DNA of 64,000 nucleotides, from positions 1 to 64,000 of the forward strand of contig JBGPGO010000014.1 in assembly GCA_041483895.1 (NCBI GenBank), given 5' to 3'. Shown piece after piece: positions 48,068 through 58,093 of this stretch. This DNA comes from Fimbriimonadia bacterium (GTDB lineage Bacteria; Armatimonadota; Fimbriimonadia; Fimbriimonadales; JABRVX01). The notes below the pieces were generated by a model. It did not search any database and was not told the DNA's origin. It worked only from the letters and a program-made list of their open reading frames with translations. Every line of letters begins with the position of its first letter. Within the stretch, counting starts at the first letter, position 1. The translations under genes were made by a program, and so were the position numbers.

Positions 48068-48448
48068 TCACTTGCCACCACTCTTTCCCAGATTCAACGA
48101 CGCAACCACCTTCTGCGCTTCTTCCAGGTGGTCTTGGAGAACATAGATGCTACCGTACTCGCCACCGGCCAATCGCCCGGCAGAACTCCAACACCTGATC
48201 CCGTTGGATGCCAATGCGTAGCGGACGAGCTCTCCCTGTTGGTCGTTTTCCTGATCGAACACACACACGAGCGGTGACTCGTCGAGGTGCTCATTGTGTT
48301 CGCGCCTCAACTCTTCTACGCGCTGCTCGTCCTCACGCTCCAACTCCTTGGGATCCGGCGGCAATTTGTCAACGAGCTTGGCGCCACAATCAGGACATTC
48401 TTCAGTACCCGCGATGTATTCATAACGGCATTCCGGACAGAACGGCAT
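48068..48448 (-). CDS. zinc-ribbon + DUF2007-like protein (copy 1)
   Basis: MPFCPECRYEY...CPDC; SIYVLQDHLEEA. Confidence 0.75.
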   Translation of the reverse strand: MPFCPECRYEYIAGTEECPDCGAKLVDKLPPDPKELEREDEQRVEELRREHNEHLDESPLVCVFDQENDQQGELVRYALASNGIRCWSSAGRLAGGEYGSIYVLQDHLEEAQKVVASLNLGKSGGK

Positions 48449-48450
48449 GG

Positions 48451-49836
48451 CTAGAACTCCGCGCTCTGTGGCGTACGGGGGAACGGGATCACGTCGCGAA
48501 TATTCTTCATCCCGGTCACGAACATCAGCATCCGCTCCAATCCGAGCCCGAACCCAGCATGTGGCGAAGTGCCGAATTTTCGCAGTTCCAGATACCACCA
48601 ATAGGCCTCCTCGGGAAGCTCGTTTTCCCGGATGGAGGCGAGCAGCACGCCATGCCGTTCTTCGCGCTGGCTGCCCCCGATGATCTCCCCAATGCGCGGC
48701 GCAAGCACATCCATCGCCCGCACCGTTCGGTCGTCCTCGTTTCGCTTCATATAGAACGCCTTGATCGCCTTCGGGTAGTCGGTTACGACGACCGGCCGCT
48801 TGAACTCCACCTCCGTCAGATGGCGCTCGTGCTCGGTCTGGATATCCATGCCCCAATGCACCGGGAACTCGAACGCTTGGCCGGAATCTTCCAGAATCTT
48901 GATAGCGTCCGTGTAGGTGACGCGCGCGAAAGGCGACCGCTCCACGTGCTCCAAGGTCGCGATCACCGTGTCATCAATGCGCTGATTAAAAAACTCTAGA
49001 TCTTCTCGACAATTGTCCATCACGTACCGGATCAGATACTTCAGGAACTTTTCCGCCAGCGCCGCGTCGCCGTCCAAATCGCAAAATGCCATCTCTGGCT
49101 CGATCATCCAGAACTCCGCCAGGTGCCGGGGCGTGTTGGAGTTCTCGGCCCGGAACGTGGGACCGAAGGTGTAAACGTTGCTGAACGCCAGGGCGAAAAT
49201 CTCCGCGTCGAGCTGCCCGCTCACCGTCAGATAGGCGGGCTTGCCGAAGAAGTCCTTCGTGAAGTCCGGCCCACCTTGGCTAGGCAGATTGAAGAGGTCC
49301 AGCGTGGTGACGCCGAACATGGCCCCTGCCCCTTCGCAGTCGGACGCGGTGATGATGGGCGTGTGGACGTAGAGAAACCCCTCGTCGTTGAAGAACTTGT
49401 GGATGGCGTAGGACAGCGCGTGGCGGACTCGGAATATCGAGCCGAAGGTGTTGGAGCGCACTCGGAGGTGGGCAATCTCGCGCAGGTACTCGAAGCTGTG
49501 GCGCTTCTTCTGCAAGGGGTATTCGGCGGCCGCGGCCGTTCCATGAAGCTCCAATTCGCTGACTTTCAGCTCCACCGCTTGGCCGGAAGCGGGAGATTCG
49601 ACCAGTTCCCCATGCGCCGTGACGCAACTTCCCGTCGTCACTTGTTCCAAGACGTGATCCGGCACCACGCCTTTCTCAATGACAACCTGCAAACTGGTGA
49701 AGCAGCTTCCATCGTTCAGCTCGGCAAAGGAGACGTTTGCGGAGTCGCGCCGGGTCCGCACCCAGCCGGACGCGGCGATCTTCTCTCCGGGTTTCTTCTT
49801 GAGGATGGCCTTGACGGTATGATCGGGGGTCAGCAT
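48451..49836 (-). CDS. asnS: asparagine--tRNA ligase
   Basis: [63 protein letters not shown]. Confidence 0.96.
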   Translation of the reverse strand: MLTPDHTVKAILKKKPGEKIAASGWVRTRRDSANVSFAELNDGSCFTSLQVVIEKGVVPDHVLEQVTTGSCVTAHGELVESPASGQAVELKVSELELHGTAAAAEYPLQKKRHSFEYLREIAHLRVRSNTFGSIFRVRHALSYAIHKFFNDEGFLYVHTPIITASDCEGAGAMFGVTTLDLFNLPSQGGPDFTKDFFGKPAYLTVSGQLDAEIFALAFSNVYTFGPTFRAENSNTPRHLAEFWMIEPEMAFCDLDGDAALAEKFLKYLIRYVMDNCREDLEFFNQRIDDTVIATLEHVERSPFARVTYTDAIKILEDSGQAFEFPVHWGMDIQTEHERHLTEVEFKRPVVVTDYPKAIKAFYMKRNEDDRTVRAMDVLAPRIGEIIGGSQREERHGVLLASIRENELPEEAYWWYLELRKFGTSPHAGFGLGLERMLMFVTGMKNIRDVIPFPRTPQSAEF

Positions 49837-49863
49837 ATATCGTTCATTTTGGCAGATCAGATA

Positions 49864-49994
49864 TGGTGTTGGGGTCTTAGGCTGTCTATGTAAGTTCAGG
49901 GTTGCCTGGCGAGGACCCCTACACATCAAGCAAGGTTGGGGTCTATGGTTGTCAGTGTTTGTTCGGTATTGCCAGACGAGGACCCCAACACATC
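49864..49994. repeat. two tandem ~65-bp REP-like hairpin units
   Basis: GTTGGGGTCT...GAGGACCCC(T/A)ACACATC occurs twice, with self-complementary ends. Confidence 0.6.
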
Positions 49995-50000
49995 TCTGAA

Positions 50001-50222
50001 AAGCCCTCCCCTTTTTTCCCGTCCAATGAATCCTCCCGCCTTCCAGCAACCGGGAAAAAGGGGGAGGGTTGGGTGGGGGTGAATTGGGGGGTGTGGCGCA
50101 CTTCCATCTGTCCAAGAAGTCGGCATGCGATAGCGAGCGAAGAAACCCCCACCCAACCCTCCCCCTTTTCCAGTTCGCGGTAAATGGAAGGACCCGGCAT
50201 GAGTGGAAAAAGGGGAGGGCTT
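50001..50222. repeat. inverted pair of ~80-bp G/C-rich REP-like palindromes
   Basis: AAGCCCTCCCCTTTTTTCC...GGAAAAAGGGGGAGGGTTGGGTGGGGGT (50001-50080) and an inverted copy (50145-50222). Confidence 0.75.
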
Positions 50223-50232
50223 CTTGTCTTCG

Positions 50233-51699
50233 ATGGTAGAACTTCTTCTCGGCGTGGATGTTGGGACCTCCGGCGTTAAAGCTTTGCTCGTCGATCGGGG
50301 CGGCACGGTCGTAGCGAGCGGGCATGCAGAACTGGACCTGCACACGCCAAGGCCCCTCTGGTCCGAGCAAGACCCGGAGGACTGGTGGCAGGCCGCCTGC
50401 CGGTCCGTGCGAGAAGCGTTGGATCAGGTGGATGGTCTGGTCGTCGGGGTTGGGCTGACCGGCCAGATGCACGGGTCCGTGTTCCTGGGTGCCGGCGGCA
50501 ACGTGATCCGGCCCGCAATTTTGTGGAACGACCAACGGACGGAGGCGGAGTGCCGCGAGATCGAGCAGCGCGTTCCCCGGCTCGTCGAGATCACGTGCAA
50601 CCCGGCCCTCACCGGGTTCACCGCGCCGAAAATCCTGTGGCTGAGAAACCACGAACCGGACAACTATCGCCGCGTCAAAACGGTCCTTCTGCCGAAAGAC
50701 TACATCCGGTATCGACTTACCGGTCAGTACTTTTCGGAGGTATCGGACGCATCGGGGACAAGCCTTTTAGACGTTCCGGCCCGCCGTTGGTCTGAGGAGA
50801 TTCTGGGTCAACTTGAAATTCCCGCCGATTGGATGCCGCCGCTCGGCGAAGGGCCAGAGCCGACTACGAAGGTAACGAACGACGACTGGGGGGTGCCAAT
50901 CGGAACCCCGGTTGTCGGCGGCGGCGGGGACCAGGCGGCGGGCGCGGTCGGGGTTGGCAGTATCCAAGAGGGCGTGGTCTCCACCGCCATCGGAACGAGC
51001 GGCGTGGTGTTTTCCGCGCTCGATTCGCCCAGCGTGGACCCGCAGCTCAGCGCGCACACGTTTTGCCATGCCGTACCTGGCAAATGGCATGTGATGGGCG
51101 TGATGCTCTCGGCGGCCGGCAGCCTGCGTTGGTTCCGCGACACCTTTTGCCCCGGCGAGAGCTACGATTCGATCGCGCAGATGGGCGCAACAGTTCCGGC
51201 GGGCGCGGAGGGCCTGTTCTTCCTTCCCTATCTTTCCGGGGAGCGCTCGCCGCACAAGAACCCGAACGCCCGCGCTGTATTTTTCGGCGCGACGCTAGCC
51301 CACACGAAGGCCCACTTCGCGCGCGCCGTATTCGAGGGTGTTGCGTACGGTCTGCGCGACTCGTATGAGCTGCTGAAGGGGATGGGGATTGCCATCACGG
51401 AGGCGCGGGCGACCGGCGGCGGGGCGCGGAGCGATTTTTGGCTGCAGGTCCTTTCGGATGTCACAAATGCCCCGCATGTGAGAGTCAATGTGGATGAGGG
51501 GCCGTCCTATGGCGCGGCGCTTCTTGCTGGCGTCGGCATCGGCTGGTGGCCGTCGGTGGAAGAGGCTTGCCGCGCCTGCATCGTTCTGGGCAACCGCATC
51601 GAGCCGGATGCTGGGAATGTCGCCTCGTATGAGAAGGGATACCAACAATTCCAAGCCCTTTATACAGACCTTCTCCCCCAATTTCGGACGGATCGCTAG
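50233..51699 (+). CDS. xylB: xylulokinase
   Basis: [43 protein letters not shown]. Confidence 0.92.
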   Translation: MVELLLGVDVGTSGVKALLVDRGGTVVASGHAELDLHTPRPLWSEQDPEDWWQAACRSVREALDQVDGLVVGVGLTGQMHGSVFLGAGGNVIRPAILWNDQRTEAECREIEQRVPRLVEITCNPALTGFTAPKILWLRNHEPDNYRRVKTVLLPKDYIRYRLTGQYFSEVSDASGTSLLDVPARRWSEEILGQLEIPADWMPPLGEGPEPTTKVTNDDWGVPIGTPVVGGGGDQAAGAVGVGSIQEGVVSTAIGTSGVVFSALDSPSVDPQLSAHTFCHAVPGKWHVMGVMLSAAGSLRWFRDTFCPGESYDSIAQMGATVPAGAEGLFFLPYLSGERSPHKNPNARAVFFGATLAHTKAHFARAVFEGVAYGLRDSYELLKGMGIAITEARATGGGARSDFWLQVLSDVTNAPHVRVNVDEGPSYGAALLAGVGIGWWPSVEEACRACIVLGNRIEPDAGNVASYEKGYQQFQALYTDLLPQFRTDR

Positions 51700-51724
51700 C
51701 GCCGAAACAGGATAGAATGGAGCT

Positions 51725-52588
51725 ATGAGCAGAGTGATCACCGACGAACAGGCCCAGTTTTTTCATGACAACGGATATCTCATCTTGAGAGGCGTCCTGG
51801 ATGAGCGGGAGCTCTCAGCATTGCGCCGGGCAACGGACGAGCTGATCGGCCAAGGCACAAGTGGCGCCAATGACGACCCGGATTTTGCCTACGGAAAGGG
51901 ATTGGCCACAGGGGCGCCGGTCCTAAAACGCGTCGAGTACGTGATCGATAAGAAGGATGCCTGCAAGGCGCTGCTCGGCCACCCGTTTATCCTGCGCTCG
52001 GTGGAGAAGCTGATGGGCCCGGACCTGATTCCGACCTGGGATTCCATGGTTATCAAGATGCCGGGCGAGGGGATTGTTGTTCCATGGCATCGCGATGCGG
52101 GGACGGAGTGTGTCGGAGATGTGCCGATCTTCAACGTGGACTTTTATCTGGACGAGGCCGACCGGAATACGTGCGTTTGGGTCATCCCGGGCAGCCATCT
52201 CTGGGAGCCGGACCGAATCAAGGATTGGATTGCCGCCCGGCCCGCAGGCGACGTTCCGGTCGATGAGTTCGTTCCCGATGGCGCTGTGCCTGCCATGATG
52301 CAGCCCGGTGACGTGATGTTCCACAACATTCTCGTGCTCCATGGCTCTCCCTCTAACCGAGGCGATAAGCTGCGGCGGGTGATCTATTACGAATTCCGCG
52401 CCGCGCATGTGGAAAAGGCTCTGGGTCCGCATATTCCGGAATATATTCCTCTGAAGCAGAATGTGCTCAATGCATGCATTCAGCGTCGGGCTAAGTTGCT
52501 TCCGGATGAAGAGCCGTACCTGGCGCCCGCGCCGCACGATCAGCCGTCGACGTATCGGTATGCGCATGGGGATTACTGGAGAAAATAG
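51725..52588 (+). CDS. phytanoyl-CoA dioxygenase (PhyH) family protein
   Basis: F..NGYL, PWHRD, VIPGSH, PGDV.FH...LHGS..N....RR. Confidence 0.88.
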   Translation: MSRVITDEQAQFFHDNGYLILRGVLDERELSALRRATDELIGQGTSGANDDPDFAYGKGLATGAPVLKRVEYVIDKKDACKALLGHPFILRSVEKLMGPDLIPTWDSMVIKMPGEGIVVPWHRDAGTECVGDVPIFNVDFYLDEADRNTCVWVIPGSHLWEPDRIKDWIAARPAGDVPVDEFVPDGAVPAMMQPGDVMFHNILVLHGSPSNRGDKLRRVIYYEFRAAHVEKALGPHIPEYIPLKQNVLNACIQRRAKLLPDEEPYLAPAPHDQPSTYRYAHGDYWRK

Positions 52589-52589
52589 C

Positions 52590-52664
52590 TGGAGCGGGAG
52601 ACGGGAATCGAACCCGCGACATTCAGCTTGGGAAGCTGACGTTCTACCGCTGAACTACCCCCGC
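52590..52664 (-). tRNA. tRNA-Gly (anticodon CCC)
   Basis: Reverse complement GCGGGGGTAGTTCAGCGGTAGAACGTCAGCTTCCCAAGCTGAATGTCGCGGGTTCGATTCCCGTCTCCCGCTCCA: cloverleaf, GTTCGA T-loop, encoded CCA. Confidence 0.96.
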
Positions 52665-52677
52665 TCATTGTCTTGAA

Positions 52678-52706
52678 AGTATATCGTCATAAGTGCAGGG
52701 AGTCAA
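52678..52706 (-). promoter_or_regulatory. sigma70 promoter of tRNA-Gly
   Basis: TTGACT-N17-TATACT on the minus strand, 13 nt upstream of the tRNA. Confidence 0.75.
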
Positions 52707-52717
52707 GAAACTGGTTC

Positions 52718-52915
52718 TCACGAGCGTCTCGTCGGAAACCGATACAGACCCGAATCGATGTCTTCCTTGGTGGTGGAGCCTGGGTATGACCCGTAACACT
52801 CGCTAAGGAAGTGCCCCTTCCCGCCGTTCTGCAGCCGCTTCATCTCCATCTTGACCTCGGCAAGTTCGGCCTTTAGCTCCTGTTCTCGCTTCTTGAGTTC
52901 CTCTATCGTCTTCAT
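52718..52915 (-). CDS. small coiled-coil hypothetical protein
   Basis: 65-aa ORF; TATAAT 8 nt upstream of ATG. Confidence 0.55.
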   Translation of the reverse strand: MKTIEELKKREQELKAELAEVKMEMKRLQNGGKGHFLSECYGSYPGSTTKEDIDSGLYRFPTRRS

Positions 52916-52977
52916 ACAATCGTATTATACGCCTCCTCTTGACCAGAAGCCTCTCCACGTGTTACCGTAGGCATTCC

Positions 52978-53469
52978 ATGGCCAAAGAAGCGATTGAACT
53001 CACTGCGCAAGGAAAAGGCAAGATTGAAAAGGAGCTCGAGCACCTCAAGGGCCCGCGCCGGGCGTTCATGTCTGAGGCCCTCAGAGAGGCGCGATCCCAT
53101 GGCGATCTGCGAGAAAACGCGGCATACGATGAGGCTAAATTGAACCAGGCGCGGCTGGAGGGCCGAATCAAAGACCTCGAATGGATATTGGAGCGGGCCC
53201 AAATCATCGAACGCCCGGACGGTGCCGGGGCGATGCTGCATCTCGGCTCGAAAGTCGTGGTTCGCGAAGCAGGTTCCAATTTTGAGGAAGAGTTCACGTT
53301 AGTGGGAGCATTCGAGGCGGATCCGTCTCAGGGATTGATTTCCATCATTTCGCCCATCGGCAAGGCATTGATCGGACGCGAAGCCGGGAATGTTGTTTCC
53401 GTCGAAGGACCAAAGGGAGAGTTTCACTACGAGATCGTAGCCGTACACGAGCCGGATCTAACCGATTAG
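52978..53469 (+). CDS. greA: transcription elongation factor GreA
   Basis: LT..G...IE.EL, ARSHGDLRENAAYD.AK, IS..SPIGKALIG. Confidence 0.95.
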   Translation: MAKEAIELTAQGKGKIEKELEHLKGPRRAFMSEALREARSHGDLRENAAYDEAKLNQARLEGRIKDLEWILERAQIIERPDGAGAMLHLGSKVVVREAGSNFEEEFTLVGAFEADPSQGLISIISPIGKALIGREAGNVVSVEGPKGEFHYEIVAVHEPDLTD

Positions 53470-53657
53470 ACCGGTATAAATACGAGGTTTGGTCATGATT
53501 GGGTCATTTGCCCCGCGCATACTGAGCAGAAAACTGTTCTATACTCCGTGATCTTGACAAGGCAGCCGAAATAAACCAATCAGGGCCCACACCCGGAACG
53601 TATCTTCTATTAGGCACTTAGGTCGATCAAATCTCGAGTCGGAGGACAACACCCACC

Positions 53658-54524
53658 ATGAAGCGGGGTTTCACGCTCATTGAGCTTCTCGTCGTCATCG
53701 CCATCATCGCGATATTAGCCGCCATTCTCTTCCCGGTCTTTGCGCAGGCCCGGAACCAAGCGAAGAAGACCCAGGCGCAAAGCAATTTCAACCAAATTGG
53801 CAAAGCCATGGAAATGTACAAATCGGATAACGGACAGAAGTATCCGATGGGCTTGTACGTGTACGGTCCTCTCAACCATCTCAACAACCGAGTTTGGGGC
53901 CAACTCGTTCAACCGTACACCAAGAACTGGGACGTTTTCGCGGATCCGGTGGACAGCAATCAAGGCATCACCAATTTTCAAACGGACCACAGTACCGGTT
54001 CGAAGTGCCCGGCCGCCACGTTGCAGCTTTGCCAGCAGTTTTGGCAGGCGACCGTTTCCAACGTTGGCATCAACATGGATTACATCATGCCGGTCATAAC
54101 CGATGAGAACGGCAACGACTTACCCGTGGGGATCAAAGATACGCGGAACCAGGCGCCGTCCAAGTGCATTTTGGCGGTGGACAGCGTTTGGGATCGGGAC
54201 TCCACGAGCGGCCAGCCGAAGGGTGGCGGCAGCTTCCTCGTCGATCCGCCCGCTGAGAAATTTAACGGGAATAGCACATTCCCCTACGCAGAAGTCGGAC
54301 AATTTTCGTACGGCGGAGGCTGGTTTCCCAGCAAGCCGAAGGCATGGAACGTTTATGGCGGCGTATGGCCTTGGCACCTCGGCGGAGGTCAGGCCGTGGT
54401 CATCTTCACCGACACTCACGTCAAAACACTGACGATTCCGCAGCTGGTTGACGGCTGCACCGTCAGTGACGGATTTGGTGGAGCGATCACGGATCGGGAC
54501 CGATACCTCTGGGACCTGCAGTAA
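53658..54524 (+). CDS. prepilin-type N-terminal cleavage/methylation protein (array copy 1)
   Basis: [36 protein letters not shown]...FTDTHVK; ends WDLQ; GGAGG RBS. Confidence 0.92.
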   Translation: MKRGFTLIELLVVIAIIAILAAILFPVFAQARNQAKKTQAQSNFNQIGKAMEMYKSDNGQKYPMGLYVYGPLNHLNNRVWGQLVQPYTKNWDVFADPVDSNQGITNFQTDHSTGSKCPAATLQLCQQFWQATVSNVGINMDYIMPVITDENGNDLPVGIKDTRNQAPSKCILAVDSVWDRDSTSGQPKGGGSFLVDPPAEKFNGNSTFPYAEVGQFSYGGGWFPSKPKAWNVYGGVWPWHLGGGQAVVIFTDTHVKTLTIPQLVDGCTVSDGFGGAITDRDRYLWDLQ

Positions 54525-54546
54525 TCAACCTTTAGGCCTTTGTAAT

Positions 54547-54580
54547 TTCGGCAGCCGCCCATGTCGTGGAGGCTGCCGAA
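54547..54580 (+). terminator. hairpin after prepilin copy 1
   Basis: TTCGGCAGCC...GGCTGCCGAA. Confidence 0.55.
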
Positions 54581-54604
54581 GCCATAAATGGAAAGCGGAG
54601 TTCT

Positions 54605-54823
54605 GTATTAATACTGGGTTTAAGGTGGATTGAACCGATAGCCGGTATTTTGCGTCAGGTTAATTGGCACTCCACCAGTCATTAATCTGTTCCTTTCTAA
54701 TGGCAACTGGAAAATCTCAACCAATTTGCCAAGGATTGAGATAGAATAAAGGTTCATGCGCCGGCGTTGCTCTTTCGTAACGTCGCAGCGACCAAATCAC
54801 CTTGTAGGAGGTACCGACTCATC
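54605..54823 (+). promoter_or_regulatory. duplicated ~220-bp leader, copy A
   Basis: Closely matches 56533-56750; similarity extends ~90 nt into the CDS. Confidence 0.8.
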
Positions 54824-55678
54824 ATGAAACGAGGCTTTACGCTCATCGAACTCCTCGTCGTCATCGCAATCATTGCTATTCTAGCGGCTATTCTTTTCCC
54901 TGTCTTCGCGCAAGCGAGGCTTCAGGCCAAAAAGACCGCCTGCCAAAGTAATTTTAATCAGATTGGCAAGGCGATGGAAATGTATAAGACCGACAATGAT
55001 CAGAAGTATGCACCGACCAACTTGGATCCGTACACATTCCATTTTCCGGATAAGCCGTGGACATGGACAATCCAAAGCTATGTAAAGAACTGGAACGTCT
55101 ACAGTTGCCCAGGCGATCCCAATCAGGTTGATAAGACGCTCGAAAGAAATGTGGAAACCAACGCAGCTTGCGCGCCGACCGATACGAACTGCAAGTATTA
55201 CGGACGCGGCACCTTGGCCAACATCGGCCTCAACATGCAAAATCTGTCTCCGCTTGCATGCGTCGGCTCTCACTGCGGAGGCTGGGGCATCAAAGATACT
55301 CGCAACCAGGCCCCGTCCAAATGCATATTGGCTGTGGACAGCATTTGGGACCGCGATCCAGTGTCGGGCGCTCCCATCGGTGGGGGCAATTGGGCCCTCG
55401 ATCCACCGGCAAATAAGCTTCCTGACAACACCAACACGCTACCCTTACCAGCAGGCTACTCGACGTGGTGGTGGTTCGGCGGTTGGAACCCGAGCAAGCC
55501 ATTGGCATGGAACTTCTATGGAGGTTGCTGGCCTTGGCATGGATCGTGTACAGTCATATTCACCGATACGCACGTCAAGAACCTTAAGCCGCTCCAGCTC
55601 GCCGAGGGTTGTGACCTGCAGGATGGCTGGACGGGGTTCATCCTCGATCGAGACAAGTACCTTTGGGATCTTCAATAA
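54824..55678 (+). CDS. prepilin-type protein (array copy 2)
   Basis: [42 protein letters not shown]. Confidence 0.92.
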   Translation: MKRGFTLIELLVVIAIIAILAAILFPVFAQARLQAKKTACQSNFNQIGKAMEMYKTDNDQKYAPTNLDPYTFHFPDKPWTWTIQSYVKNWNVYSCPGDPNQVDKTLERNVETNAACAPTDTNCKYYGRGTLANIGLNMQNLSPLACVGSHCGGWGIKDTRNQAPSKCILAVDSIWDRDPVSGAPIGGGNWALDPPANKLPDNTNTLPLPAGYSTWWWFGGWNPSKPLAWNFYGGCWPWHGSCTVIFTDTHVKNLKPLQLAEGCDLQDGWTGFILDRDKYLWDLQ

Positions 55679-55681
55679 AAC

Positions 55682-55903
55682 ATGAAGAAATCTGTTAATC
55701 CGCTTTGGATCGTCGTTGGCCTCGTCGTGGCGGGGGTCATTCTAGCGATCGCCTTCATGAAGGGCGGTTCAAATCCGGACATGCCCGATACCGCGAAAGA
55801 TGCTGAGACCATCAAGCAAATGAAGCACCAAGATACGGGTCTGCAACCTGGCGGCACTCGCCCTGGTGAGATCGGCCCGACGACGGGACGGGGCGGAAAA
55901 TAA
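55682..55903 (+). CDS. small single-TM partner protein
   Basis: MKKSVNP + TM + Gly/Pro tail; starts 3 nt after the prepilin stop. Confidence 0.8.
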   Translation: MKKSVNPLWIVVGLVVAGVILAIAFMKGGSNPDMPDTAKDAETIKQMKHQDTGLQPGGTRPGEIGPTTGRGGK

Positions 55904-55956
55904 TCAACGCTGTTTGAGGGGGGATATTGCTATCCCTCCTCGGACAGAATTGGACC

Positions 55957-56166
55957 ATGAAGAAAAACGTCAGTCCAATCTATATCGTTTTTGCCGCCGT
56001 CGCATGCGCGGCAGTTCTCGCGTTCGCATACCTCAAAGGCGGCGTTGCGGACAAATCCAGTGATGTTGATTCAACCGTGAAAGAACTCACAAAGGATCAG
56101 AAGGGACCAAGTCTGCCCGCCGGCGGCGCTGTTCCTGGCGTCTCTGCTCCGGTAAAAATGCGCTAG
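55957..56166 (+). CDS. small single-TM partner protein
   Basis: MKKNVSPIYIVFA...; clear paralog of 57807-58016. Confidence 0.8.
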   Translation: MKKNVSPIYIVFAAVACAAVLAFAYLKGGVADKSSDVDSTVKELTKDQKGPSLPAGGAVPGVSAPVKMR

Positions 56167-56237
56167 CAGGATTGGCCGAAAGCCCGGCCGCCAAAGACTC
56201 GTTCGCGCGGATATCCCAGATGCGAGCGGTTCGGAGG

Positions 56238-56500
56238 ATGAATATGAATCGCGGGTTCACTCTCATCGAGCTGCTGGTTGTGATCGCCATTATCGCGATT
56301 GTGGCGGCCATCCTGTTCCCTGTTTTTGCGTCTGCCAGTCAGAAGCCAAGAAGACAGGCTGCCAAAGCAATTTCAACCAGATTGGAAAAGCAATGGAGAT
56401 GTACAAGATCGATTGGAGTCAGAAATATTCGCCTATCGATTACAAGCCTTGTACCGCCGCATGCTGCCATCACGATCTCGATACGGTCTGGGGGCAAATG
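56238..56500 (+). pseudogene. frameshifted, truncated prepilin-type gene (copy of the 58094 gene)
   Basis: [10 protein letters not shown] start; frameshift near 56340; shifted frame continues [49 protein letters not shown], matching 58094, then breaks off. Confidence 0.88.
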
Positions 56501-56532
56501 CCGAATTACTTTAATAGGATCAGATACATTCC

Positions 56533-56750
56533 GTATTAATACTTGGTTTTGGGAGAATTAAACCTATAGCCGGTATTTTGCGTCAGGTTGATTGGCACTC
56601 CACCAGCCATTAATCTGTTCCTTTCTAATGGCAATTGGAAAATCTCGACCAGTTTGCCAAGGATTGAGTTAGAATAAAGGTTCCTGCCCCGGCGTCCGTT
56701 TTTGCGACTTCGGAGCGACCAAATCACCTTGTAGGAGGTACCGGCTCATC
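56533..56750 (+). promoter_or_regulatory. duplicated ~220-bp leader, copy B
   Basis: Closely matches 54605-54823. Confidence 0.8.
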
Positions 56751-57614
56751 ATGAAACGAGGCTTTACGCTCATCGAACTCCTCGTCGTGATCGCAATCAT
56801 TGCCATTCTAGCGGCTATTCTATTCCCTGTCTTCGCGCAAGCGCGAAACCAGGCCAAAAAGACCCAAGCCCAGAGCAACTTCAATCAACTGGGAAAGGCC
56901 ATCGAAATGTACAAGGGGGACAACGGTCAAAAGTATCCCCAAGCGAACTATCTTCCTTGCACCGCGGTTAACTGCAACCACCTTAAAAATAAGGCATGGG
57001 GTCAGAATGTGCAGCCGTACACTAAGAACTGGGATGTGTTTAGCGATCCCGGAGACAAGAACCAGACGTTGGTGAATTTCCAGACGGATCAGAACACCGG
57101 AACGAAGTGTCCGGCGGCGACGCTGCGACTCTGCGAAGAGTTTTGGCGCGCCACGCTCACCGACTTCGGCGTCAACGGACAGTACATCATGCCGACGCTC
57201 GCGAATCCGGACCGCTCATACGGAATTAAGGATTCGCGCAACCAGGCGCCCGCAAAGTGCATTTTGGCGTTGGACAGTGTCTGGTGGCGCGACCCGGTCT
57301 CCGGCGATCCGCGAGGCGGCGGTAACTGGGATTTAGATCCGCCCTCCAGAACCTTCAATGGAATAGACACCTTCCCGTATGCGGGCAACAGCCCGTACTG
57401 GTTTGGTGGTTGGATGCCAAGCCAGCCGAAGGCGTGGAATGTCTATGGCGGGGTCTGGCCGTATCACCTCGGTGGCGAGCAGGCCATTGTCATCTTCACA
57501 GACACTCATGTGAAGACTATGAAGATTCCTCAGATAGCGGCGGGTTGCGATGTTCGCGACGCTTGGGGCGGTCAGATACTGGACCGAGATGCATATCTCT
57601 GGGACCTCCAGTAA
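56751..57614 (+). CDS. prepilin-type protein (array copy 3)
   Basis: [22 protein letters not shown]. Confidence 0.92.
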   Translation: MKRGFTLIELLVVIAIIAILAAILFPVFAQARNQAKKTQAQSNFNQLGKAIEMYKGDNGQKYPQANYLPCTAVNCNHLKNKAWGQNVQPYTKNWDVFSDPGDKNQTLVNFQTDQNTGTKCPAATLRLCEEFWRATLTDFGVNGQYIMPTLANPDRSYGIKDSRNQAPAKCILALDSVWWRDPVSGDPRGGGNWDLDPPSRTFNGIDTFPYAGNSPYWFGGWMPSQPKAWNVYGGVWPYHLGGEQAIVIFTDTHVKTMKIPQIAAGCDVRDAWGGQILDRDAYLWDLQ

Positions 57615-57639
57615 TCTAGCCGGAATCTAGATCATCTCA

Positions 57640-57670
57640 ATACGCCCTCGAACTGGCTTCGAGGGCGTAT
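57640..57670 (+). terminator. hairpin after prepilin copy 3
   Basis: ATACGCCCTCGAA-ctggc-TTCGAGGGCGTAT perfect 13-bp stem. Confidence 0.65.
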
Positions 57671-57806
57671 GCCTCATTTGTGAACCATTTGGTTTTGACG
57701 CCGGACTAAAGAGGCAGCACCGCGAAATATCGGGTAGGATGAAAAAGCAGCGTCGTGGATCGGTAAGATTCCGATCCAAATTCATCGAACAGGATAATTT
57801 GCGTCT

Positions 57807-58016
57807 ATGAAGAAGAGTGTTAGTCCGATTTACATCGTTTTCGCCGTAGTCGTGCTCGTCGCCGTTCTTGCCTTTATTTACCTGAAAGTTGCGGGGGCTG
57901 ACAAGGGAAGCGACGTCAACGCGACCGTGAACGAATTGACCAAGAATAACAGGGCTGCTCCTGTGCCGGAGGGCGGAGTTGTGCCGGGCGTTGTAGCGCC
58001 GACCAAACTTAAGTAG
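57807..58016 (+). CDS. small single-TM partner protein
   Basis: MKKSVSPIYIVFA + TM + ADK.SDV..TV.ELTK...P.GG.VPGV.AP.K. Confidence 0.8.
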   Translation: MKKSVSPIYIVFAVVVLVAVLAFIYLKVAGADKGSDVNATVNELTKNNRAAPVPEGGVVPGVVAPTKLK

Positions 58017-58047
58017 TAACGGTTGATTCGTCCAGCCAATTTGAAAT

Positions 58048-58072
58048 GACCCCACAACGCACGGGGTCTTTT
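58048..58072 (+). terminator. possible intrinsic terminator
   Basis: GACCCC-N9-GGGGTC followed by TTTT. Confidence 0.45.
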
Positions 58073-58093
58073 GCGTTTTTGGGAGGATAGTCG

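Noticed and set aside
49837..50652. 270-aa N-terminal extension of AsnS in the ORF track
   Set aside because: Runs through repeats and antisense to xylB; AsnS homology begins at 49836
52590..52664. tRNA-Gly as integration site of an island carrying the pilin array
   Set aside because: No integrase nearby, no duplicated tRNA 3' end seen, and housekeeping greA lies in between
54605..54735. c-di-GMP-I riboswitch (GGCAAA...GACGCAAA on the minus strand)
   Set aside because: Wrong strand for the downstream gene and spacing too long for the canonical fold; an Infernal search would be needed to revive it
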